Source of the DNA: Armatimonadota bacterium
Lineage (GTDB): Bacteria; Armatimonadota; SYMT01
Assembly: GCA_046292385.1 (NCBI GenBank)
Contig: JBKBRF010000006.1
Location: forward strand, 137,449 to 201,448
Length of the DNA: 64,000 nt
Direction: 5' to 3'
Shown here piece by piece: positions 11,739 through 20,520 of this stretch. A program made the translations under genes and the position numbers. The notes under the pieces were generated by a model. The model was not told where the DNA came from and searched no databases. It saw nothing but the letters and a program-made list of their open reading frames with translations. Numbering within the stretch: position 1 is the stretch's first letter; each line of letters begins with the position of its first letter.

Positions 11739-12848
11739 ATGCAAACGCTCGCGATCATCAGTCATAAAGGCGGCGCCGGCAAGACCAGCTCCTCCGTAAT
11801 GCTGGCCGAAGAGCTGGCGGGGCGCGGCTACCGGGTAGTGCTCGTGGATGCCGACCGGCAGCGCGGCGCGGGACTCCTGCTCGGCATCGAGCAGCCGACC
11901 GGGTCGGTGCAGCAGACGCAGCACGCCCGCCTGCGCTACTTCTGCAGTGCGGGAGTGCCGCTGCGGGAGCTACCGCAGCGCGCGCAAGAGCTTTCCGGGC
12001 TCTTCGACGTGGCGGTGGTCGACACCCCGTCGCTCGACGACCCGCTGGCCCGCGGCTGGATCCAGGTGGCCTCGCACGCGCTGATGGTGATTCCGGTGGA
12101 GCCGATCAGCATGCGCACCCTCGGCGCCGCCGAGGCGACGCTGGGGAGCGTCCGGAAGCTGAACCAGGGTATCGAGGTGATCGGGCTGCTCCCGACGATG
12201 TTCGACGAGTCGGAGTCGACGCAGCGCACGCTGATGCTGGAGCTCCGCTCGCGGCAGGGCGACGTGCTGCTGCCGGTCTCGATCCCGCAGGATTCCGGCC
12301 TCGCCCACCGGGCCGAGCAGAAGGCGGAGCGGCGTACCGCGCCAGCTCCCGCTACGCTGCAGGCCTATGCCGGCGCGGCCGACTTCGCGATCCAGAAGCT
12401 GCGCCTGGAGAGCCCGGCGGCGGCTCCGGCCGCCGCGGTGCCGGCGGCGATCGGGGCGCCCGCGGCCCCGGCTTCTTCGAACGGGGCCGCCGTCCCGCCC
12501 TGGTCGGCGCGCCGCCGCCCCGAAGCTGCCCCGGCGCCGGTGGCGGCCCCGGCCGCAGCCGTGGCGGCGCAGAGCGCTGCCCAGCCGGCAGCAGCCCGCC
12601 CGGAGCCGGCAGCGGTCGCGGCTCCCGCGGCAGCCGCCCCGGCCCCGGCACCGATGCCGGCGGCCGCACCCGCGGGCGGCGCGAAGTGGACGCTGCTCCA
12701 CACGGTGATCGTGGTGCTGGCGGTCGCGGTCGCGGTGCTCGCCACCGTGCTGTTCATGCGCACCCCCGACGCCGCCGTTCCGGCGCCCGGCGCCGGCGTC
12801 CAGCAGCCCCAGAACCCGGCGGGCGCCCCCGCCGGCCAGCCGAAATAG
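11739..12848 (+). CDS. ParA/MinD-family ATPase with Ala/Pro linker and C-terminal transmembrane helix
   Basis: HKGGAGKTS deviant Walker A, VLVDAD, VVDTP, LLPTMFD; hydrophobic VIVVLAVAVAVLATVLFM near the C-terminus. Confidence 0.88.
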   Translation: MQTLAIISHKGGAGKTSSSVMLAEELAGRGYRVVLVDADRQRGAGLLLGIEQPTGSVQQTQHARLRYFCSAGVPLRELPQRAQELSGLFDVAVVDTPSLDDPLARGWIQVASHALMVIPVEPISMRTLGAAEATLGSVRKLNQGIEVIGLLPTMFDESESTQRTLMLELRSRQGDVLLPVSIPQDSGLAHRAEQKAERRTAPAPATLQAYAGAADFAIQKLRLESPAAAPAAAVPAAIGAPAAPASSNGAAVPPWSARRRPEAAPAPVAAPAAAVAAQSAAQPAAARPEPAAVAAPAAAAPAPAPMPAAAPAGGAKWTLLHTVIVVLAVAVAVLATVLFMRTPDAAVPAPGAGVQQPQNPAGAPAGQPK

Positions 12849-12864
12849 ACGCGAGGAGCCACGG

Positions 12865-13695
12865 ATGGAGTATTCAGCTCAAGCTCAGGCAGCCTCCGGA
12901 TATGGGACCGCGGGCATCCACGCGCCCCAGGCCTCCGGCAGGCAGCGCGCGCTCCGGCGCATCATGTTCGCCAGCCAGAAGGGCGGGGTCGGCAAGACCG
13001 CGTCGGCGGTGAACGTGGCGGCGAGCCTGGGCCTCTCCGGCTACCGCACGCTGCTGGTGGACACCGATCCGATCGGCAGCGTCGGCGCCTGCTTCGGGGC
13101 CTCGGTCGCTCCCGGGCATCCCGGCCTCTTCGGCATCGAGCAGTGGGAGCTGGCCGACCTGGTGATCCCGGAAGTCGGCACGAACCTCGACCTGCTTCCC
13201 TACGCGGAAGACCGCCGCGCCATCGACTTGAACGCGCTGCACCGCTCGCTGGTGGAGCTGGGGCGGCGCGCGGCGGGTGAATACGACTACGTGATCATCG
13301 ACACGCGCCCGTCGGTGGCGGACATGACCCGGCGGCTCTGCCAGGTGGTGGACGAGGTGGTGGTGGTGTTCCAGTGCCACCCGCTCGCCTACCGCACGCT
13401 CGGCGGTATCCTCGGGCAGCTCCGCGACGCCCGGGCCGACGGTGCCGGCGCCAACCTGCTGGGCCTGCTGCTCACGATGGTCGACCCGTCCGACCCGAAC
13501 CAGGCGCAGCTCGAAACCCACATCCGCCGCAGCCTCGGCGCGGCGATGCTCCCGATCTCCATTCCCCAGGACCAGACCGTGCAGGAAGGGCTGATGGAAG
13601 ACCGGCCCGCCGTGCTCTACCGGCCCGACTCGCCGTCCGCACGCGCCTATCGGCAGTTGACGGAGCACCTGGTCAGCGCGCGGACCCTGGCGTAG
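12865..13695 (+). CDS. ParA/Soj-family ATPase
   Basis: SQKGGVGKTAS, LLVDTDP, YDYVIIDTRP, LLLTMVD, PDSPSARAYRQL. Confidence 0.92.
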   Translation: MEYSAQAQAASGYGTAGIHAPQASGRQRALRRIMFASQKGGVGKTASAVNVAASLGLSGYRTLLVDTDPIGSVGACFGASVAPGHPGLFGIEQWELADLVIPEVGTNLDLLPYAEDRRAIDLNALHRSLVELGRRAAGEYDYVIIDTRPSVADMTRRLCQVVDEVVVVFQCHPLAYRTLGGILGQLRDARADGAGANLLGLLLTMVDPSDPNQAQLETHIRRSLGAAMLPISIPQDQTVQEGLMEDRPAVLYRPDSPSARAYRQLTEHLVSARTLA

Positions 13696-13724
13696 GCCCG
13701 CGGTTTCACAACAGGTAGTAAGTG

Positions 13725-15380
13725 ATGAAAACCGTCTACTCCATAGGGATCGACTTCGGCACCAGCAATAGCTGCGTGACGTATGCGACCTACCTCGATC
13801 GTGGCGACGGCGGCGTCGTCTCCGAGCCGCTCCACCGGCCCGAGGCGATCCCGTTCCAGCACCGCGAGACGCTGCCGACGATGCTGTTCCTGGGCGACGG
13901 CCGGGAGCAGCCGCCGCTCTTCGGCGCGCTGGCGGAGGAGAAGGCGCCGTTCTATCCGGAGCTCACCCGTTCCGGCTTCAAGCTGCGCCTGGGGCATCCC
14001 CAGCACGGCCGGGAGGCGTTCCTGCTGGCCAAGCAGTTCCTCGCCCACCTGCGGGCTCGCGCCGCGGAGGTGGTGCCGCTGGGCAAGAAAGACCCGAACG
14101 TCCGCTTCGAGACCGTGATCGGCCACCCGGTCCAATGGAGCGCGGACCAGCGCGAGGAGACCCGGCGCGCCGCCGTGGAGGCCGGCTTCCCGAACGTGCG
14201 ACTGGAAGAGGAGCCGATGGCGGCGCTCTTTAGCCACCTCTGCGACGACCGCGACGGGTTCCAGCCGCGCCCCGGCAGCCGCATCCTGATGGTCGACTTG
14301 GGCGGCGGCACCACCGACTTCGCCTTCCTGCAGCTCTCGATGACGCCGGAGGAGCGCCCGGTCTCGATCCCGGTCGACCCTGCCGGCAGCGTCCCGGCGT
14401 GGGGCGACGGCCGCCGCACCTACGGCGGGCGGGACCTGGACCAGCTCCTGCTGCAGTACATGACCCGGGAGTGGGATCCGGCGATGGTGAAGCGCCACCG
14501 GCAGGCGCTGCTGCGGGAGGTCCGGCGGTTCAAGGAGGCGTTCTCCAACCGCATGCGCGACGGCGCGCACGAGCACGAGGGCCTCTGGCTGCTGGGCGAG
14601 CAGGCGGTTTCGGTGCGCCTCACCCGCGACGAGTTCGAGACGCTCGCCGCCGAGTACATCGCCCAGTTCGAAGTGCTGCTGCGCGGCGCGCTGGAAGAGG
14701 CGCGGGTGGCACCGCGGCAGGTCGGGTACCTCGTCCTCACCGGCGGTCACTCCCGCTGGTACTTCGTCGACGAGGCGCTCCAGCGGGTCTTCCCGCATCT
14801 TTCCACCGCGAGCCGCACGATCCTGCGGCACACGAACCCGGAGCAGAGCGTGGCGCGCGGCCTGGCCTACACGCCGCTGGTGCGGAGCAATGCGTCCGGC
14901 GTGATGGCCCCGGTGCGGCGCTCCGCGCATGCCGTGTGGGTAGCGGTGCCGAACGGGTCGCTGGCGGCGCAGGGCGCGCCGTCCGGCCAGGCGTGGGAAG
15001 AGCCGGTGCTGCTGATCCCGCGCGGGCAGCAGCTTCCGTTCCAGAGCCGCACGCCGCTCCGCATCCGCGTGGAGCAGCTCGCCCTGGATGCCCGGGAGGC
15101 GACAGTGAACATCCGCTTCTTCAGCGGACAGCGCCGCATGCCGCTGGGCGAGCGGGTGGCGCGGTTCGAGCGGGGATTCTGGGAGCAGCTCACCAAGTCG
15201 TTCTCCCTCTGTCTCCCGTGGATGCGCAACGTGAGCGCGGACCAGTTCGAAGTGCTGGTGGCGTGCCAGGTGGATGAGAACGAGCTGATCACGGCGGAAG
15301 TGCTGGTCACCCGCTACCTGAAGGGCAAGCCCCAGGAAGTGCAGCGCCAGAAGATGCAGCTCAGCAGCGCCGCGGCGTAG
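13725..15380 (+). CDS. Atypical Hsp70-family ATPase
   Basis: IGIDFGTSNS, EEPMAA, VDLGGGTTD, GGRDLD, LTGGHSR, PEQSVARG; short divergent C-terminal region. Confidence 0.88.
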   Translation: MKTVYSIGIDFGTSNSCVTYATYLDRGDGGVVSEPLHRPEAIPFQHRETLPTMLFLGDGREQPPLFGALAEEKAPFYPELTRSGFKLRLGHPQHGREAFLLAKQFLAHLRARAAEVVPLGKKDPNVRFETVIGHPVQWSADQREETRRAAVEAGFPNVRLEEEPMAALFSHLCDDRDGFQPRPGSRILMVDLGGGTTDFAFLQLSMTPEERPVSIPVDPAGSVPAWGDGRRTYGGRDLDQLLLQYMTREWDPAMVKRHRQALLREVRRFKEAFSNRMRDGAHEHEGLWLLGEQAVSVRLTRDEFETLAAEYIAQFEVLLRGALEEARVAPRQVGYLVLTGGHSRWYFVDEALQRVFPHLSTASRTILRHTNPEQSVARGLAYTPLVRSNASGVMAPVRRSAHAVWVAVPNGSLAAQGAPSGQAWEEPVLLIPRGQQLPFQSRTPLRIRVEQLALDAREATVNIRFFSGQRRMPLGERVARFERGFWEQLTKSFSLCLPWMRNVSADQFEVLVACQVDENELITAEVLVTRYLKGKPQEVQRQKMQLSSAAA

Positions 15381-15428
15381 ATCGCCTCCAAAAGCGATCC
15401 CGCCCCGGCGAGGTGGGGAGATTCGGAA

Positions 15429-15968
15429 ATGAGCCAGATAGAGAGTTACACGACCGAGCGGCGCGGCTGGTGGGACCGCCTGTTCGGCTCCGTGGCAGGT
15501 CGAACGGAGGGTGAGATGCAGTATGAGTTACCCGCGGACTCGCTGTTCGCCGGCACGTGGAGCGGTGGGGGCGTCTCGTCGATCGCGGACGTTCCGGAGC
15601 AGGTGAAGCACCAGATCCGGGAAGAGGCAGTCCTGGAGACGTTCAACCGGCTGGAAGCGTCGCTGCGCTTGCTGTTGTACGCCACGACGCCGGACAAGGA
15701 GCCGCCGGACGCGGAGCAGTGCCGCCAGATCCTGAACGTCTGGCGCTACGAGCTGGAGCACCGGGTGAAGCTGACGCCGGACACCTACTGCGGGGCGGTG
15801 CAGCGCTACGAGCCGGAGATGGAGCGGGCGTACACGATCGACGCGCGCTGCCAGCCGGGCGACCTGCTGCGGATCCGGGTTCCGTGCTGGAGAATGAACG
15901 AGCGGGTGGTGGTGCGCGGCGAAGCCGAGCCGATCGACTCCCCCGTCGAGGCCCCGGCCGAGCGGTAG
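15429..15968 (+). CDS. Divergent GrpE-like protein (putative nucleotide exchange factor)
   Basis: Helical middle followed by G..QRYEPEM..AY......PGDLLRIRVPCWRMNERVVVRGEA, which parallels the GrpE beta domain; directly follows the Hsp70 gene. Confidence 0.55.
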   Translation: MSQIESYTTERRGWWDRLFGSVAGRTEGEMQYELPADSLFAGTWSGGGVSSIADVPEQVKHQIREEAVLETFNRLEASLRLLLYATTPDKEPPDAEQCRQILNVWRYELEHRVKLTPDTYCGAVQRYEPEMERAYTIDARCQPGDLLRIRVPCWRMNERVVVRGEAEPIDSPVEAPAER

Positions 15969-16013
15969 AGACCCGATGCGCGGCCGCTGCCCCAACCCTC
16001 AGGAGAGCGCCGC

Positions 16014-16496
16014 ATGATCTCGCTGCACGACTACCTCCGCGCTCGCCACGGCGGCGCCTACCGCGCCCTGCTGCGGAGCCTGAACGGGCTCACGGAACAG
16101 CAGGCGCTCGAAGGCGCGTCTCCGCACTGGAAGCGCTACCGCCTGGGCACCGGGCTTGACGGCTCGATCGCGGGGATCGTCTGGCACGTCGCCGCCTGGA
16201 AGGCGGTGGCGGCGGACGGTCTCGACACCGGCCTCTTCCCGGACGCGGAGGCGGTACTGCCGGCCGAATCGACCTGGGCGGGGCTGCTCTCCTGGCTGGA
16301 GCTCTCCCACTCCCGCCTCACCCGCTACCTCGACGAGGCTCCACCGGAGGCGCTCTCCCACACCGTCACCGTGGAGGGGGAGGCGATGCGGGTCTACGAG
16401 CTGTTCGGCCACTGGATCGAGCACGACCAGTACCACGCTGGGCAGGTAAACCTGCTCCGCCAGCAGCGCGGCCACACGTTCCCCGGCGAGGAGTGA
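16014..16496 (+). CDS. DinB/DUF664-family four-helix bundle protein
   Basis: SIAGIVWHVAAW and HDQYHAGQVNLLR metal-binding His pattern; AGGAG RBS. Confidence 0.85.
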   Translation: MISLHDYLRARHGGAYRALLRSLNGLTEQQALEGASPHWKRYRLGTGLDGSIAGIVWHVAAWKAVAADGLDTGLFPDAEAVLPAESTWAGLLSWLELSHSRLTRYLDEAPPEALSHTVTVEGEAMRVYELFGHWIEHDQYHAGQVNLLRQQRGHTFPGEE

Positions 16497-16602
16497 CCCC
16501 TCTCGAGAGCTGTGCCACGGGGATGCGGGAACTGAAGAAACGGAGCAGCGACGCCGGATGCGCAGATCGCCCGCGGGGTGGAGTGCGCGCCTTCCGAAAG
16601 GT

Positions 16603-16758
16603 GTCATCCTGAAGGCACTGAAGGATCTCGGCAGCCGTGCTGGTCCGGGATATGCACGCGGGTGACGAGGACTCTGCTGCCGGTGCCCTTCCGCACGCTA
16701 TGCCTCCCGCTCCGGCTCGAGCTGGGTGACGTAGATCCTTCGCTGCGCTCAGGATGAC
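16603..16758. repeat. 156 bp palindromic MITE/REP-like element, copy 1
   Basis: Ends GTCATCCTGA...GAAGGATCT / AGATCCTTC...TCAGGATGAC; second copy at 50004-50159. Confidence 0.8.
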
Positions 16759-16835
16759 GTGAACGGAGGCGGCGCAGTGTTGCCGCAGGGCTCGTCCGAC
16801 ACGGATGGGGCTCCTGACACGACCAAAGAGTCAAA

Positions 16836-16874
16836 GAGGGGAGCGAAACCGGTTGACCCGGCCGCGCTCCCCTC
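16836..16874 (-). terminator. Probable intrinsic terminator after the FKBP genes
   Basis: GAGGGGAGCG / CGCTCCCCTC stem followed on the minus strand by TTTGACTCTTT. Confidence 0.55.
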
Positions 16875-16896
16875 CGTCCCACTGACGATCCGGCAG

Positions 16897-17475
16897 TTAG
16901 CTGCCTTTGATCTCCAGCAGCTCCACGTCGAAGACCAGGTCCGCGTTCGGCGGAATGGGACCGCCGGGAGTACCCTGCGCGCCGTAGCCCAGGTCCGACG
17001 GGATCACGAGCTGGCGCTTCTCGCCCACCTTCATGCCTTCCACGCCAATATCCCACCCCTGGATCACCCGACCCATGCCGAGGGGGAAATCAAAGGGTTG
17101 GCCACTGTCCCGAGAGCTGTCGAACTTGGTGCCGCCCTCACGGAGCCAGCCGGTGTAGTGCATCACCACGTTGTCACCAGCCTTGGCCTCCTGGCCGCTG
17201 CCCGGCTCGATGATCGCGTAGGTGAGCCCTTCCTTCACCTGATACTTGTCCTTGTCCAGCTTCGCCCAGGGACCCTCACCCGGGATCAGCGGCTCTCCGG
17301 CGGAGGCGGTGCCGCCTTCCGGCGCGTTACCGGTTTCCGGGGTGTTGCCCGTCGCCGGCTCGCTCGCGGTGTTGCCTGCGGGCGCGTTCCCGGTGTCGGA
17401 CGGCGTCTCGGCCGGAGTGCACCCCGCGGTCAGCGCGGTGAGGGTCGCCAACACGGCGATTGGAATCCATCGCAT
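16897..17475 (-). CDS. FKBP-type peptidyl-prolyl isomerase, lipoprotein
   Basis: Lipobox [43 protein letters not shown]. Confidence 0.93.
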   Translation of the reverse strand: MRWIPIAVLATLTALTAGCTPAETPSDTGNAPAGNTASEPATGNTPETGNAPEGGTASAGEPLIPGEGPWAKLDKDKYQVKEGLTYAIIEPGSGQEAKAGDNVVMHYTGWLREGGTKFDSSRDSGQPFDFPLGMGRVIQGWDIGVEGMKVGEKRQLVIPSDLGYGAQGTPGGPIPPNADLVFDVELLEIKGS

Positions 17476-17494
17476 CACGAACTCTCCTTGGTCT

Positions 17495-18310
17495 CTACTT
17501 GCCAACACCGAGCAGCTCCACCTCGAAGACGAGGGTGGAGCCCGCCGGGATCGGGCCGATCGCCCGGTCGCCGTAAGCAAGGTCCGCGGGGATCACGAGC
17601 TGGCGCTTCTCACCGACCTTCATGCCGGCCACGCCTTCATCCCAGCCCTTGATCACTTCCCCGCCGCCGAGCGTGAACGCAAACGGCTGCTCCCGGTCGA
17701 CGGAGCTGTCGAACTTCGTGCCATTGGTGAGCCAGCCGGTGTAGTGGACCTCCACCCGGTCACCCTTCTTGGCGGCGCTCCCCTTGCCGGGTGTCATGAT
17801 GGCGTACTTCAGGCCGCTCTTGGTCTTCGTGAACGCTTTCTCTTCCAGCTTCTGGGGCTTGGTGGGGGTCTCCACCACGTTGCCCAGCTTCACCAGCTCG
17901 ATCTCGAAGATCAAGGTGGCGTTGCCGGGGATCGGTCCGCCCGGGGTGCCGCGCTCGCCATAGGCCAGCTTCGGCGGGATCGTGAGCTGGCGCTGCTCGC
18001 CCACCTGCATCCCGGTGATTCCCTCTTCGAAGCCGGGGATCACCATCTGCCGGCCGAGCCGGAACTCGATCGGCTCATTCCGGTCCCGGGAGGAATCGAA
18101 CTTCTTCCCGTCGGTCAGCCAGCCGGTGTAGTGGACGAACACCTGCTGCCCGCTCCGGGCGGCGTCGCCCTTGCCCGGCTTCAGCACGGCGTATTTCAGG
18201 CCGCTCTCGGTGGTCTTGACCTTCTCCGGGTCGACCTTCGCCGGCTCGCTCCAGGCGGCGGTCGCCAGGGAGAGCGCCGCCAGCAGCGGCAGGCTCGCGC
18301 GTAGTGACAT
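17495..18310 (-). CDS. FKBP-type peptidyl-prolyl isomerase with two FKBP domains, secreted
   Basis: Signal peptide; two HYTGWL..G.KFDSS...[15 protein letters not shown] units. Confidence 0.93.
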   Translation of the reverse strand: MSLRASLPLLAALSLATAAWSEPAKVDPEKVKTTESGLKYAVLKPGKGDAARSGQQVFVHYTGWLTDGKKFDSSRDRNEPIEFRLGRQMVIPGFEEGITGMQVGEQRQLTIPPKLAYGERGTPGGPIPGNATLIFEIELVKLGNVVETPTKPQKLEEKAFTKTKSGLKYAIMTPGKGSAAKKGDRVEVHYTGWLTNGTKFDSSVDREQPFAFTLGGGEVIKGWDEGVAGMKVGEKRQLVIPADLAYGDRAIGPIPAGSTLVFEVELLGVGK

Positions 18311-18518
18311 GTCTAACTCCCTACTCCTCGTCGGCTCCGCCCCGCCGTCCTCTGCCTGGACGCTCCGAGCTGCGGATGCGTTAGAGAAAGATACGTGGGG
18401 CGGGGCGCCGCGTCTCTCAAAAAGAATGGGGCTCCCCTGTAAGATTACAAGGGCGGGGCCACTGCACGCGTCAGCCGGCCCGGCGCCCGCCCGTTCGAGC
18501 GAGAGAGGAGCAGCGCAA

Positions 18519-19481
18519 ATGAAGGCGATCCGAGTCCACGAGCCGGGCGCGCCGGAAGTGATGAAGCTGGAGGAGCTACCGGATCCGCAGCCGGGAGCCG
18601 GAGAGGTCCTGGTGCGCGTCCGCGCCGCCGGCGTGAATCCCGTAGACACCTACATCCGCACCGGCACCTACGCCATCAAGCCGCCGCTCCCGTACACGCC
18701 CGGCATCGACGGTGCCGGCACCGTGGAGCAGGTGGGGGAGGGGGTAGAGCGTTTCCGTCCGGGAGACCGCGTCTACGTCTCCGGCGCGCTCACCGGCACC
18801 TACGCGGAGCTGGCGGTCTGCGCGGAGCGGGACGTCCACCCGCTGCCGGACAACACCTCGTTCGCCGCGGGCGCGGGCCTGAACGTGCCGTACGCCACCG
18901 CCTACCGGGCTCTGTTCCAGCGGGCTCACGCCGCGGCGGGGGAGACGCTGCTGGTCCACGGCGCCAGCGGCGGAGTCGGCATCGCGGCGGTCCAGTTCGC
19001 CCGGGCCCACGGCATGACGGTGGTCGGCACCGCCGGCTCCGACCGCGGACGGGAGCTGGTGCTGGCGCAGGGCGCCCACCACGCGCTCGACCACCACGCC
19101 CCGGACTACCTGGAGCAGGCGCTGGCGCTGACCGGCGGCCGGGGCTTCGACGTGATCCTGGAGATGCTGGCGAACGTGAACCTGGGCAAAGACCTCCAGG
19201 TGCTGGCGCCCGGGGGCCGGGTCGCGGTGATCGGCTCTCGCGGGACCGTGGAAGTGAACCCGCGCGACGTCATGGCCCGCGAAGCAGCGGTGTTGGGGGT
19301 GCTGCTCTTCGGCGCCACCGACCGGGAGCGCACGGGGCTGCACGCGGCGATCTATGCGGGGCTGGAGAACGGCACCCTGTGCCCCGTGGTCGGCGAAGAG
19401 ATCCCGCTGGCGGAGGCGCCCCGCGCCCACCAGGCGGTGATGGAGCCGGGAGCGTACGGAAAAGTAGTGCTGGTCCCCTGA
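18519..19481 (+). CDS. NADPH:quinone reductase (zeta-crystallin, MDR family)
   Basis: [45 protein letters not shown]. Confidence 0.93.
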   Translation: MKAIRVHEPGAPEVMKLEELPDPQPGAGEVLVRVRAAGVNPVDTYIRTGTYAIKPPLPYTPGIDGAGTVEQVGEGVERFRPGDRVYVSGALTGTYAELAVCAERDVHPLPDNTSFAAGAGLNVPYATAYRALFQRAHAAAGETLLVHGASGGVGIAAVQFARAHGMTVVGTAGSDRGRELVLAQGAHHALDHHAPDYLEQALALTGGRGFDVILEMLANVNLGKDLQVLAPGGRVAVIGSRGTVEVNPRDVMAREAAVLGVLLFGATDRERTGLHAAIYAGLENGTLCPVVGEEIPLAEAPRAHQAVMEPGAYGKVVLVP

Positions 19482-19576
19482 GCCAGCGCAGCACCGCAAC
19501 CCGGGGCGCGCCAGCACGTTGCTAGATAGACTAGGCTTACATCGGATTGACTTCTGATCACTCGTCAAGCTTTCCC

Positions 19577-20165
19577 GTAGTCGTTCATCTACCCGCCTGG
19601 GTGTATGAGGCTGGGCGCGGGCTGACCGTGGGCAGCCGCTTCGCAGGTACGGATGAGATAATCCCAGACTTGGCGGCGGTGGAGCCGGAGTGTGGCGACG
19701 ACGGTGAGGATCCGCTCCACGAACTGCGCTCCTACCTCCGACTGGTGGCCAAAGCTCCCTTTGCGCCATAGTACCGCGGCTCGCAGGCGGGTGGCGCGAC
19801 GACGACCACCTGGTCTACGGCCTCGATAGGCAGGAACTCGCGGAACTTGCCGGAGTGGCCGGACTGCCCGCCCCACTTCTTGCCGGAAGGCGGTTTGGAG
19901 GGGCGCTGGCGCCAGGGCGGATCGCTGGATGGTGGGCGCGAGGAGTTGCGGGAGTTCCGGTACTGCGCTTCGGTGAGTGCCCGGACTTGCTCCTGGAGGG
20001 GGAGCACGACCGCGTGGAGGTCTCGCACCATCTGCTGGAGCGTAGGGATATCCGTCGGCACGTCGTCGGTGACCGGCTCGGGGGAGACCGGCTCGTGAGG
20101 AGGCTGGCTCACACTCCAATAGAATCACATCTCCGCCCCAGCGAGTCATCCCGGTGAATGATTAC
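19577..20165 (-). mobile_element. Internally deleted IS66-family element (transposase pseudogene)
   Basis: N-terminal fragment NSRNSSRPPSSDPP..GGQSGHSG (20112-~19785) joined out of frame to C-terminal fragment LRAAVLWRKGSFGHQSEVGAQFVERILTVVATLR (to 19589); imperfect terminal inverted repeats GTAGTCGTTCA / GTAATCATTCA. Confidence 0.82.
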
Positions 20166-20168
20166 TCC

Positions 20169-20520
20169 TCATCTATCTAAACTCCACTTGAGACGATAAG
20201 CGTTTTGATACGCCGCTCGCTGGCAATCGCAACCCGACAGCTGGTCCATCCAGCCGCGAGGCCAATGCGGATGCGGCCGACCCAACACCGAGAGCAGACG
20301 ATGATTGCTTGCTTCATTCAGTGGTGGACGCCCGGCACCTCCGAACGCGCGCTCATTGATGACCTCCGCTAGCAGCAGGAACCCCGGAAGCGCCGAGAGG
20401 AAGGAGATACTCACCACGTCGCCTTCCGGCTCCGGCTCGAGACGTAGCTCAGAGCAAATCTCAACTCTATCTCCATCACCTAGCAGCCTCCCAGCAACGG
20501 AGCGTTCTCCGGAGCAAGCA
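20169..20520 (-). pseudogene. Possible C-terminal remnant of a ThiF/E1-like protein
   Basis: Open frame ICSELRLEPEPEGDVVSISFLSALPGFLLLAEVI...GCDCQRAAYQNAYRLKW resembles C-termini of ThiF-like enzymes; no intact N-terminus. Confidence 0.3.

Noticed and set aside
11739..13695. Chromosome or plasmid partition locus (parAB) or minCDE
   Set aside because: No parB, minC or minE gene and no parS-like palindrome seen nearby
13725..15380. Calling this gene dnaK
   Set aside because: Lacks the DnaK linker, the canonical substrate-binding motifs and the lid; too divergent
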